Under the pieces are notes generated by a model. It had not been told where the DNA came from. It saw nothing but the letters and a program-made list of their open reading frames with translations, and did not search any database. Made by a program: the position numbers and the translations under genes. Below are positions 9,538-18,219 of a stretch of 64,000 nucleotides of DNA, in pieces. The stretch is taken from positions 29,827-93,826 of the forward strand of contig JABIJM010000002.1 of assembly GCA_018655525.1 (NCBI GenBank), written 5' to 3'. Within the stretch, counting starts at the first letter, position 1; each line of letters begins with the position of its first letter. This DNA comes from Candidatus Woesearchaeota archaeon. GTDB taxonomy: Archaea; Nanobdellota; Nanobdellia; Woesearchaeales; GW2011-AR9.

Positions 9538-10005
9538 TTATTCCTCTTTAGCTGGGGCAACTTCTTCAGTTTTTTCCTCAGCTACTTCTTCTTTCTTCTC
9601 TTCAACTGGAGATTCTTCAGCAGGTTTTTCAGCTTCTTTTGCTGCAGCCGCTTCTTCGTCCGCCTTTTTCTTAGCTTCTACTTCAGCAGCCTTTGCTTCT
9701 TCTGCCTTTTTTGCATCTGTTTCAGCTTTTTTTCGTAAATGTTTAGTCATTTTTTCAGTTTTATTAAGTGCTTCATTGCTCTTATATGCAACTGCATTGA
9801 ATGTTCCTTCTTGTTTACTGAATTGAGTATAAATACCTTTTACAACTACTAAACCTTGTTCTACACCTAAGCTTTTTGCAATTGCTGCAGCAACATCATT
9901 GTTACTAGGCGTAACGCCTTCAAAATCTACAGTACCTTTAAGGTCTGTACGTTCTAATAATGCATTTTCATTTTTTTGTGTAATTTCAATCTTCATTATA
10001 ATCAC
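9538..10005 (-). CDS. rps24e: Ribosomal protein eS24 with a K/E/A-rich C-terminal extension
   Basis: MKIEITQKNENALLERTDLKGTVDFEGVTPSNNDV...VVVKGIYTQFSKQEG matches the S24e core, followed by a low-complexity tail of about 55 aa. The real start may be the internal MKIEI (9996). Confidence 0.85.
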   Translation of the reverse strand: MIIMKIEITQKNENALLERTDLKGTVDFEGVTPSNNDVAAAIAKSLGVEQGLVVVKGIYTQFSKQEGTFNAVAYKSNEALNKTEKMTKHLRKKAETDAKKAEEAKAAEVEAKKKADEEAAAAKEAEKPAEESPVEEKKEEVAEEKTEEVAPAKEE

Positions 10006-10190
10006 CGTACCTTAATAGCATATTCACCTTTAACTGTTGCTTTTACATTTTGTGCAATCATGGATCGCTCAACATCAGTGATAAATAATCTTCCTTGCCA
10101 ATTGTTTGTAAAACTACTATTTTTACAAATAGGACATTGTTCTCCATCTACGAAAACTTTACATTTTTTACATGCTTTTTTCTTTGCCAC
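10002..10190 (-). CDS. spt4: Transcription elongation factor Spt4 (RpoE'')
   Basis: 62 aa with the zinc ribbon CKKC...CPIC followed by WQGRLFI. It sits between rpoE' and rps24e as in other archaea, with a 4-nt overlap with rps24e. Confidence 0.85.
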   Translation of the reverse strand: MAKKKACKKCKVFVDGEQCPICKNSSFTNNWQGRLFITDVERSMIAQNVKATVKGEYAIKVR

Positions 10191-10256
10191 TAGAAATCAC
10201 CTCTGTGATTTCTGTGGTTCCAAAAATTTTTATTTTTTGTTATCATTTTTTAAATA

Positions 10257-10817
10257 TTATTCCGCTTTTTTAGCTTCTTTTGGTTTTGCATCTTCGCTTA
10301 ACCATTCTAATTTTCCAAGACCTTCTTGTCTCATGGTTAAACCAATTTTAGGATTGTTTAAATCTTTGTAACTTACTGCAATGATTCGCGCTTTACATTT
10401 ATCGCCAACCTTCACGCTTCTATTTGTATTTTTTCCCATTAATACTTTATCTTTACTAAATGATACGAAATCATCCATACTTTGTGAGATGTGAACCATT
10501 CCTTCTACACCACCAATGTCAATAAATGCACCGAAATCTGTGATATCCCGAATTCTTCCAAACACAAGTTCGTTTAGCTCAGGTTTAAATGTTAATAATT
10601 CAAATTCTGTTTCATAAAATCCAGCTCCATCACCAGGAACAATAACACCTTCAGTTACGTTATATACATCAATAACATTCATGACGAATCCTAAATCTTT
10701 GGAGATATAATTCTCGTATGTAGCCTTCACATTTTGTAAAACTGCATCCTTTTTACTAAGGTTGAACATATGTGGTGGTACCCTGATGAAATCCTTTACT
10801 TTGACTTTATAGAACAT
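10257..10817 (-). CDS. rpoE: DNA-directed RNA polymerase subunit E' (Rpo7) with S1 domain
   Basis: MFYKVKVKDFIRVPPHMF N-terminus and an S1-like GRIRDITDFGAFIDIGGVEGMVHISQ. Confidence 0.85.
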   Translation of the reverse strand: MFYKVKVKDFIRVPPHMFNLSKKDAVLQNVKATYENYISKDLGFVMNVIDVYNVTEGVIVPGDGAGFYETEFELLTFKPELNELVFGRIRDITDFGAFIDIGGVEGMVHISQSMDDFVSFSKDKVLMGKNTNRSVKVGDKCKARIIAVSYKDLNNPKIGLTMRQEGLGKLEWLSEDAKPKEAKKAE

Positions 10818-10873
10818 ATTTTATGCCTCGTAGTATTATATTATCGTTATTTAAGCTTAATCTAAGTAGATAG

Positions 10874-10881
10874 TTTATAAA
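10874..10881 (-). promoter_or_regulatory. TATA box for the rpoE'-spt4-rps24e-rps27ae operon
   Basis: Palindromic TTTATAAA about 57 nt upstream of the ATG at 10817. Confidence 0.45.
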
Positions 10882-10916
10882 GGTTGCGGTCAAGTTAGAT
10901 AAGAAGAAAACTAACC

Positions 10917-10924
10917 TTTATAAA
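10917..10924 (+). promoter_or_regulatory. TATA box, 22 nt before the ATG at 10947
   Basis: TTTATAAA in the divergent intergenic region. Confidence 0.55.
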
Positions 10925-10946
10925 CCAAACACACCTTTCTCCTAAT

Positions 10947-11546
10947 ATGAATTTACAAGAAATCAGAAAAGAGGCTCGTTCTCTTCCTTCTATCAAGGAA
11001 AATTTACAAGATTTCCAGAAAAATTGGATCAAACCTGTGAAATCCAACACCAATAAACATTTACCTTTTCTACAAGACATGAATCCTGAAGAAAAAAAAG
11101 AACTTAATCAAAAAATGCAGAATGTTAATACCACATTAAAAAAACTTCAAGATTCAGACCTCGTCACCCAAAGATTAACATCGCATGCACGTCATCTAAT
11201 AGAATTAAAATTAACGCATTTTCAAGGAAATGAACAAAAATCAAAAATGATCACAAAAAGTTTTATTTCAGATGATGTCATGAACATTAAACGAACAATC
11301 ACAGAAGTAAAATCATTTAATGACGATATGGATGAACTCTCACAACATTATGAAGATGTGAATGAGTTACTTCAGAAATCATTATCTTTAGAAGAAATGT
11401 TATTCTTTATGGAAATGCCGCATTACAAATATCTTTCATCATTGAAAAAGACTGCAGAAAAACACAAAAAAATTGTGAGTCATATAGGAAGACACTTTGT
11501 AAAACTTGCAAAAGTTCCAATGTTAAAAAAGACACCTCATAAATAA
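10947..11546 (+). CDS. Hypothetical helical protein
   Basis: 199-aa ORF. TTTATAAA at 10917-10924 ends 22 nt upstream of the ATG. Confidence 0.5.
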   Translation: MNLQEIRKEARSLPSIKENLQDFQKNWIKPVKSNTNKHLPFLQDMNPEEKKELNQKMQNVNTTLKKLQDSDLVTQRLTSHARHLIELKLTHFQGNEQKSKMITKSFISDDVMNIKRTITEVKSFNDDMDELSQHYEDVNELLQKSLSLEEMLFFMEMPHYKYLSSLKKTAEKHKKIVSHIGRHFVKLAKVPMLKKTPHK

Positions 11547-11785
11547 TGGCAGAAATAAATTTAATCATCGGACTTCTCGGAATGCTTCTAATCCTAATCG
11601 CATTCCTTCTAGACGAATTTTCTAAAAGTATCCACCACCAGTCATGGCAATTCAACGTCTTAAACATCTTTGGATCTTTATTATTAACATACTACGCATA
11701 CACATTAAATTCTATACCATTCATGATTCTTAATGGTGTCTGGTTCGTTGCAGCGATTGTAAAATTATTTTTCATTAGCAAATAA
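11546..11785 (+). CDS. Small 3-TM membrane protein
   Basis: 79 aa with three hydrophobic segments. The start abuts the stop of the preceding ORF. Confidence 0.5.
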   Translation: MAEINLIIGLLGMLLILIAFLLDEFSKSIHHQSWQFNVLNIFGSLLLTYYAYTLNSIPFMILNGVWFVAAIVKLFFISK

Positions 11786-12598
11786 ATTTGATGTGAAAAC
11801 CTCAACATGTTCTAAATCAAAAATTACTTCTTCTACTCTTTTTTGTAAATTTAGTCCTTTTAACCTTTCAAGAGGATTTTCTTTTGTCATCATCCTATAA
11901 AGTGTAAAAAATGAATCTGGTAAATGTCCATAATGTTCTTGAATCGTAGTAATTGGTTCATCTGCAACAATATAATCTCCAAACAACAAACATTCAAGAA
12001 CACGAGCAGCACAATATGTATCCGTTAAAGGATTAATTTCATCATTTAGAAGAAATTCAGGAGAAAGAACTGCTGCTGAATTGCATTTTATTTTTTGCTT
12101 AGAGGGATATTGACAAGAAATTGCATCTGAGAAATCTAATATCTTTAAATTCATTGAAATGTCATATCCAATATTACCAGGATTAATATTTGTATGAGCA
12201 ATACCTAAACGATGAAACAAATTCAAGAATGAAGGCATTTGTAAAAGATATTTCACAATAATCTCTTTAGATATCTTTTCTCTCCAAATTAATCCGTCTA
12301 ATGTTTCATCTACTAATTCCATCACAAGATATGGTTCCGTAGGATCCTCACTATGGTCAATATATCGGACGACATTAGGATGTATAATCTGACGTAATGT
12401 GTTTGCTTCTTTTTTCACTAGATTTACTCTACCTATTGGGATTGGTTTTTTAATCGCATATTTGTGCTTCGGCGTTTCTAAGGGATGTCCAATGTAAACG
12501 CCAGTGTTACGTGTATAATATAGAATGTCTGTCAATTGATAAAATACCTTATTTACTGAAATCTGTGTGATGGGATTAGACATTTTTTTCACGTCCAT
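11765..12598 (-). CDS. Eukaryotic-like protein kinase fold, predicted pseudokinase
   Basis: YAIKK (VAIK-like), HPNVVRY, LVMELVDE, and SPEF (APE-like). The catalytic loop reads AHTNINPGN instead of HRDxKPxN, and DFS replaces DFG. The start was moved to MDVKK (12598; the alternative is 12583) because the longer ORF overlaps nth by about 90 nt. Confidence 0.6.
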   Translation of the reverse strand: MDVKKMSNPITQISVNKVFYQLTDILYYTRNTGVYIGHPLETPKHKYAIKKPIPIGRVNLVKKEANTLRQIIHPNVVRYIDHSEDPTEPYLVMELVDETLDGLIWREKISKEIIVKYLLQMPSFLNLFHRLGIAHTNINPGNIGYDISMNLKILDFSDAISCQYPSKQKIKCNSAAVLSPEFLLNDEINPLTDTYCAARVLECLLFGDYIVADEPITTIQEHYGHLPDSFFTLYRMMTKENPLERLKGLNLQKRVEEVIFDLEHVEVFTSNLFANEK

Positions 12599-13217
12599 AT
12601 TTACAATGTTCTGTAATATTACAAGAATCACAATCAGGTTTTCGAGGAGCACAAATAGATTGTCCATGCCCTACCAATAACCGGTTTACATTAATCCATT
12701 GATCTTTTGGCACAAGATCCATTAATGCAAACTCACTTTCCTTTTCATTCTTTGTAGAAATCCACCCAAGCCTGTTTGCAATCCTGTGGACATGAATGTC
12801 AACCGCTATTGCAGGTTTTCCAAAAGCATACGCAAGAATACAATTAGCTGTCTTTCGTCCAACACCGGGTAATGAAGTTAATTCCTCTAATGTGTCTGGG
12901 ACAGTTCCATTAAATTCATCTAACAACTTCTGACAAAGTAATTTTACATGTTTAGATTTCATTCTATAGAATCCACATTTAAAAAATGCTTTTTCTAAAT
13001 ATTCAATTGGTAAATCAGCAACCTCCTGAATTGTTGGATGCTTCTTAAAAAACTCTTTCACAATCGGAATCACCGTAGAATCCTTTGCACGTGCACTTAG
13101 AAGCGTCATAATCAACATCTGATGCACAGGATAATGTCCAAGCTCTTCTAGCATGGTTTCTGGGTGCGTTGATTCTAATAGAGAAAAAACCGTTTTCATT
13201 TCATTCAGTGAAGGCAT
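12576..13217 (-). CDS. nth: Endonuclease III (DNA-(apurinic/apyrimidinic site) lyase / glycosylase)
   Basis: HhH-GPD LPGVGRKTANCIL, VDIHVHR, and the Fe-S cluster loop CAPRKPDCDSCNITEHC. Confidence 0.9.
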   Translation of the reverse strand: MPSLNEMKTVFSLLESTHPETMLEELGHYPVHQMLIMTLLSARAKDSTVIPIVKEFFKKHPTIQEVADLPIEYLEKAFFKCGFYRMKSKHVKLLCQKLLDEFNGTVPDTLEELTSLPGVGRKTANCILAYAFGKPAIAVDIHVHRIANRLGWISTKNEKESEFALMDLVPKDQWINVNRLLVGHGQSICAPRKPDCDSCNITEHCKYGREKNV

Positions 13218-13379
13218 TGATATGGTATATTCTTGTTTTATTTAATATTTATGTAGGAATCTCATGTTTATTAAAAATAATTCCTTTAATTTTTTGTGGA
13301 ATAGATTGTTTATAATTCAATAAAAAGAGGGATTTTTATAGATAGATCATTTTATATAGTTATATCAAATAGATTATTT

Positions 13380-13976
13380 ATGGATTTTTTAGGATGGGTT
13401 AATGGTTTATTAAAGCGTGAAAAAAAAGAAGAAGATATAGTTACTAAAGAACTTAGGGCTGCACAAAATGACTTGAGAATAGCGGCTGAACACGCTTCTG
13501 TGTATGGGTATAAAATTCTCGCAATAACTAAGTCTAACATGTCATGGTTTGATAATAAGGTAGAGACCTCCATCAATCACCTTAGTGAATCTGATGATCA
13601 TTTAAAAGCAATTGAAAGTTTTGCTCTTGGTGCTAAAGAATTTTTACAAAGTTATCGGATACAAACAGGAAGGAGGAAGAAAGCTCTTAGTAAAACTGAA
13701 ACTTTACTTTTTAATTCTTGTTTAGGGGCTTCTAAGAAAATTGATGAGGTTATTGAAACATTAACCAAAATTGATGAGTTAGAGTGGTCTTATAATGAGG
13801 GCTATAATTTACAAACGGTAGATGCAGAATTTCAGTTTTGTAAAACATCACATTCATTTGAAGTTGGAGGCGAGTTTAAGAAAGCTCTTCATGCCCTTGA
13901 TGAATTAATAGAAAACATTTTTAGAGTTTATGATCTCCATAATAAAAAGATACTAGCTATTGAAAATTCTAAATAA
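13380..13976 (+). CDS. Hypothetical helical protein
   Basis: 198-aa ORF with no recognisable motifs. Confidence 0.5.
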   Translation: MDFLGWVNGLLKREKKEEDIVTKELRAAQNDLRIAAEHASVYGYKILAITKSNMSWFDNKVETSINHLSESDDHLKAIESFALGAKEFLQSYRIQTGRRKKALSKTETLLFNSCLGASKKIDEVIETLTKIDELEWSYNEGYNLQTVDAEFQFCKTSHSFEVGGEFKKALHALDELIENIFRVYDLHNKKILAIENSK

Positions 13977-14043
13977 CTTTCTTCATCCATTTAAAATAAT
14001 AAAGAATTCTTTCCTGGTAACTTATTCTAAAGAACAATAACAT

Positions 14044-15222
14044 CTAAACAAAAATTAGAATTAATCCAACAACTAACATCACACTACTAATCGTAACACT
14101 TACAATTCTTGCATGATATTTTGTCCATACCTGTAATTTATGAGGATTGTCGCCAGATTTATCTTCCGCAACATCTTCTAATTTTTCTTTCACAAAATGA
14201 ACAATTGCAAATAATGCAACTAAAGGAATCATTGCAATTAAAGAATAATATAAGATCATAGGAAACGCTGAAACTTTGAATGAACCAACCGTAAATAAAT
14301 TCTGTAATGTAAAATACTTATTTCCTAAATCTGGTAAACTTAAAATCCCTCCAATTAAACCAATACTAAATACACCTGTAATGGAAATAATCGCTTTTCT
14401 AAATATTTTCAAATTTTTCTTCACTTCTTTTGGAATATCTTTCAACATTACTTTATAGGATGTGAAAAATGCCTTCACGCTTATTGTTCCGTAAATAGCC
14501 GCTATCACACCAATTGTTTTATAGAAAACAGTACTTGCATTTAGTAATGTTATTCCAGAGAATAAACCAATACCAAATAATAAATGTGTAAAATAGACGG
14601 TTACTAAAAATAATACTCCTCTTTTAATCATAAGTTCTTTATTTTTTATTGTAATTAAAAGTACCATTAATAATAACAATAATGCAAGGTGTGCTTGTTT
14701 CACACTATCTTTTAACGCATCTGTTAATACATTTACTAACGTTAACGTATCAAGAACATTACTTGTTTCTCCAGGACCAACAAGTCCAATTGCATTGACT
14801 GTAGCTAAACTAGGGCATGTATTATCACCGTTAACTTCTAATCGTGCTTCAAGTAAACCTTTAATAGATTTCTCTCCAATAAAATATGTGTCGCCTGTAA
14901 ATACAGCAGGGATTTGACGAGAACTTTCTGGAATGTTATAGGACTCAAAATAATTTTTTAACATTGCAGCATTTTGTGCATTTTGATACACTTCAAATTT
15001 CTGTAAATTTAACTCTGGATTGTTTATATCAAGTTTATTGATGTACGTTGTTGTTGAAGAACAACCTGGACAATCCTCTGAAAAAAAGTAAAATATACAA
15101 TCCGCTTCTTGGTTTGTAACTTCTGCTGTAACTGTAATCTCAAGATCTTCGGCAGCTAATGCAAATGTACTTAGAAGTAAAGTTATTAATACAATAAAAC
15201 CAAGGATTCTCTTATTCACCAT
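14044..15222 (-). CDS. Membrane protein: signal peptide + thioredoxin-like CPGC domain + polytopic membrane domain
   Basis: N-terminal hydrophobic signal, YFFSEDCPGCSSTTTYINKL (thioredoxin/glutaredoxin-like CxxC), then about 6-7 hydrophobic helices. TTTATAAA lies about 30 nt upstream. Confidence 0.55.
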   Translation of the reverse strand: MVNKRILGFIVLITLLLSTFALAAEDLEITVTAEVTNQEADCIFYFFSEDCPGCSSTTTYINKLDINNPELNLQKFEVYQNAQNAAMLKNYFESYNIPESSRQIPAVFTGDTYFIGEKSIKGLLEARLEVNGDNTCPSLATVNAIGLVGPGETSNVLDTLTLVNVLTDALKDSVKQAHLALLLLLMVLLITIKNKELMIKRGVLFLVTVYFTHLLFGIGLFSGITLLNASTVFYKTIGVIAAIYGTISVKAFFTSYKVMLKDIPKEVKKNLKIFRKAIISITGVFSIGLIGGILSLPDLGNKYFTLQNLFTVGSFKVSAFPMILYYSLIAMIPLVALFAIVHFVKEKLEDVAEDKSGDNPHKLQVWTKYHARIVSVTISSVMLVVGLILIFV

Positions 15223-15296
15223 CTTTTAAAGAAGAAGAAGGGAAAATTTGTTTATAAAGCTTTCCTTTAGTGGAAAATCTATAGAGAGTCACTTTT

Positions 15297-15365
15297 GTAT
15301 ACTACCTGCAATAGGTGTATTTTTTCTTTTTTTAGAAAAAATGATCACACCGGCACGTAGTATAC
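15297..15365. repeat. Long imperfect palindrome / hairpin element with GTATACT termini (copy 1)
   Basis: GTATACTAC (15297-15305) pairs perfectly with GTAGTATAC (15357-15365). Inner pairings are GGTGT/ACACC and TTTTTTCT/AGAAAAAA. It is preceded by TTTT. Confidence 0.5.
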
Positions 15366-15475
15366 ATTTTTATGAATCTCTGGATGAAGTCATTTAAGGG
15401 AAGAACATTTCCACAAAACAAATAAACCCATTACAATTTCACTTGACATATAACACTACATAAGAGGTAAATACT

Positions 15476-15796
15476 ATGGTACAAGAATTAACAACAGAAA
15501 ATTTTAAAGAATCAATTTCAGGAGATTTAATCGTCGTAGACTTCTGGGCAGAATGGTGTGGTCCATGTAAAATGATGGGACCAGTATTTGAAGAATTGTC
15601 CTCAGAATATGAAGGGAAACTCAAATTTGCAAAATTAGATACGCAAGCACATCCAAGTCCTGCACAAGAATCAGCAGTCCAAGGAATTCCATGTTTAATC
15701 GTCTTCAAGAATGGTGAAGAAGTTGGGAGAATTGTAGGGTTTGCGCCAAAACCAATGTTGAAACAGAAAATTGACGCAGTTTTAGCAAAAGTTTAA
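15476..15796 (+). CDS. trxA: Thioredoxin
   Basis: VVDFWAEWCGPCKMMGP active site; 106 aa. Confidence 0.9.
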   Translation: MVQELTTENFKESISGDLIVVDFWAEWCGPCKMMGPVFEELSSEYEGKLKFAKLDTQAHPSPAQESAVQGIPCLIVFKNGEEVGRIVGFAPKPMLKQKIDAVLAKV

Positions 15797-15862
15797 ATAA
15801 TTCCTTCTTTTTTTATATTTTATTGAGAGTAGATAGCTGTTTCTAGAATCAAATAAAACAAA

Positions 15863-16732
15863 ATGTCAAACACACCACATACTCAAAGAACAATTGTTGT
15901 AGCACATGATTTAGATGGAACCTTAGCACCTGATACAGTACTTCATACATTAATGGGTAAATGTGGTTACAATGCAGAAGATTTCTTTAAAAAATTAGCA
16001 ATCTTTGAACAAGAAGTTGAAGATTCAGGACTGGATATGGATTTAGAACATGCATATATGAATTTTCTTTTAAAATGGGTAAATTATGAAGTTCTTCCTG
16101 CAATTGACAATCAATATCTTTTCAATGCAGGTAAAGAACATCCTTTTTTCCCCGGTGTTGTTGATTATCTTCAAAGAACAAAACAAATGGTTCAAAAAGA
16201 ATTTGGAAACCATGGTGTAACATTAGAACATCATATCGTAAGTACAGGATTACGTCAAATGATTCTTGGCAGTGAAATTGCACCGTTTGTAGATTATGTT
16301 TTCGCATCAGAATTTATGGACGGGAAACATGTTAATTCTGGTCAAACCACAATTCAATACATTGCAAAAGCATTAGGACCAACAGAGAAAGCAGATGTAT
16401 TTTTTCGTATTAATAAGGGACAATATATAGATAAATTAATTGATCATGATGACAGAATGCCTCATGATCAACGACCAGTTCCATTTCCAAATATGATGTT
16501 TCTTCTTGATGGATTTACAGATAGACGTGCTTGTGCCTTATTGTTTGATAGAGGTTCATATAATATAGCCGTACATGATCCAAATTCAGAGAAATCAAAA
16601 AAAACTGTTACAAAATTATTTGAAAATAGGCGTGTCCACACCTACGCACCAGCAAATTATTGCAAAGGAAGTGCTTTATCCGTAATTATTGATGCAAGAA
16701 TTATGCAGGTAGGGGAACGATTAGTCCGATAA
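15863..16732 (+). CDS. HAD-superfamily-like hydrolase
   Basis: N-terminal VVAHDLDGTLAPD (DxDxT motif I). The remainder is not assignable. Confidence 0.45.
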   Translation: MSNTPHTQRTIVVAHDLDGTLAPDTVLHTLMGKCGYNAEDFFKKLAIFEQEVEDSGLDMDLEHAYMNFLLKWVNYEVLPAIDNQYLFNAGKEHPFFPGVVDYLQRTKQMVQKEFGNHGVTLEHHIVSTGLRQMILGSEIAPFVDYVFASEFMDGKHVNSGQTTIQYIAKALGPTEKADVFFRINKGQYIDKLIDHDDRMPHDQRPVPFPNMMFLLDGFTDRRACALLFDRGSYNIAVHDPNSEKSKKTVTKLFENRRVHTYAPANYCKGSALSVIIDARIMQVGERLVR

Positions 16733-16763
16733 TTATTTAAACATCCCTTATATTTCTATTTCT

Positions 16764-17372
16764 ATGAACAAAATAGCCCAAGGAGCAGAAGCAATCATTT
16801 ACAAAGATGGAAATGAGATTATTAAAGAACGTCTCAGCAAATCCTACAGATTAAAACATCTAGATGATTCTCTACGACAATTTAGAACACGAAGAGAAGC
16901 GAAGGTTTTGGGTAAATTAGAAGAATTTAATTTTCCAGCACCTCATCTCAAAGAATTCTCAGATAAACGAATGTCAATTGTCATGGATTTTGTTCCAGGA
17001 GAAAAATTAAAAGATGTTCTTCAAAGAGGAGATGAATATCAACAATTTGCAAAAGATATGGGTGCAATGATTGGACGAATGCACACAAAAAATATCATTC
17101 ATGGAGATTTAACAACCTCAAACATGATTGTTCATTCAAAAACAAACAAATTACATTTCATAGATTTTGGCTTAGCACAATTCTCCGAACGTGATGAAGA
17201 CAAAGCAGTAGATCTGTTCTTATTAGAACGATCATTAGCATCTACGCATTTCAAACAACCAACATTATTTGAAGATGCAATGAAAGCTTATAAAATTTCC
17301 AATCCAGAAGCAACAGAAGTTCTTAAAAGACTTGAAAAAGTAAGAATGCGTGGACGAAATAAAGGAAAATAA
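16764..17372 (+). CDS. bud32: Bud32/PRPK-type small kinase (KEOPS subunit), standalone
   Basis: GAEAIIYKDG, IIHGDLTTSNMIV and FIDFGLA. At 202 aa it is typical of archaeal Bud32. Confidence 0.8.
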   Translation: MNKIAQGAEAIIYKDGNEIIKERLSKSYRLKHLDDSLRQFRTRREAKVLGKLEEFNFPAPHLKEFSDKRMSIVMDFVPGEKLKDVLQRGDEYQQFAKDMGAMIGRMHTKNIIHGDLTTSNMIVHSKTNKLHFIDFGLAQFSERDEDKAVDLFLLERSLASTHFKQPTLFEDAMKAYKISNPEATEVLKRLEKVRMRGRNKGK

Positions 17373-18215
17373 TTACATTGCTTGTCTAAAAAATTTCACG
17401 AAATCATCAACAGATTCAGGCCGTTCATTAGGATTTTTTGCCATTGAGAAACAAATTAAATCACTCATCTCTTTTGTAACACCTTCTCTTATTCCCACTT
17501 CAATGCGTGGAACATCTGCAAAAACAACATCTTCTAACATCTTACGAATATTTGAGTCTGCATATGCGATGTCCCCGCTAATCATTTCATATACCGAAGC
17601 AGCTAGCCCGTAAATATCTGATCTTTGATCTACCGTTCTTCCACGAAGCATTTCAGGTGAAATTGTATAAGGAGATCCAAATGCTAATCCTCCGCTTTGA
17701 TAACCAATCTCTTGAACACACCCAAAATCTATTAAAAATATCTCCCCATCCATATTATAAATTCTTCCATCAATAAAATGTAAATCTTGATTTCTAAATA
17801 ACATGTTGTCTAGTTTAACATCTAAGTGAACCATTTCACGTTCATGAAGTGATGATAACGCACTTCCAATATTTTCCACAACTGATCCAATACTATCAAT
17901 AGCTAACAAACGTCTATCCCCATAAAATTTTCCTAAGCACCCACCATCCATATAGGGAAAAATCATATCTCTTGTTCTTGGAATAACTTCAGAAGGATAA
18001 ATGATGTTAGGATGTTGTGAACCATTCACTCCTTCAAAAAAACTTGTTTCATGTACAAAATCTGAATTTTCTCTCTCTTCTAAATATCTTTTTAAAAAGA
18101 AAGAGTCCCCATTTGATATAACTAAGTAATGCTCAACACCTGATCTTCCGATATTGAAATTCTTAACAACTTCATAATTTGTTCTATTTCCTTTAACTAC
18201 ATCGCCAACTTCCAT
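17373..18215 (-). CDS. Ser/Thr protein kinase (eukaryotic-like, catalytic residues intact)
   Basis: FFLKRY (Lys), VHLDVKLDNMLF (HxD..K..N), LIDFGCV (DFG) and GSPYTISPEM (APE-like). Confidence 0.75.
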   Translation of the reverse strand: MEVGDVVKGNRTNYEVVKNFNIGRSGVEHYLVISNGDSFFLKRYLEERENSDFVHETSFFEGVNGSQHPNIIYPSEVIPRTRDMIFPYMDGGCLGKFYGDRRLLAIDSIGSVVENIGSALSSLHEREMVHLDVKLDNMLFRNQDLHFIDGRIYNMDGEIFLIDFGCVQEIGYQSGGLAFGSPYTISPEMLRGRTVDQRSDIYGLAASVYEMISGDIAYADSNIRKMLEDVVFADVPRIEVGIREGVTKEMSDLICFSMAKNPNERPESVDDFVKFFRQAM

Positions 18216-18219
18216 TATT

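Noticed and set aside
9446-10371. Plus-strand ORFs 9446-9826 and 9976-10371.
   Set aside because: They are antisense to rps27ae/rps24e/spt4. The Ser/Ala/Phe-rich translations mirror the K/E/A-rich tail of eS24.
17350-17613. 87-aa plus-strand ORF overlapping the bud32 stop.
   Set aside because: It is antisense to the Ser/Thr kinase C-terminus, which has clear kinase motifs.
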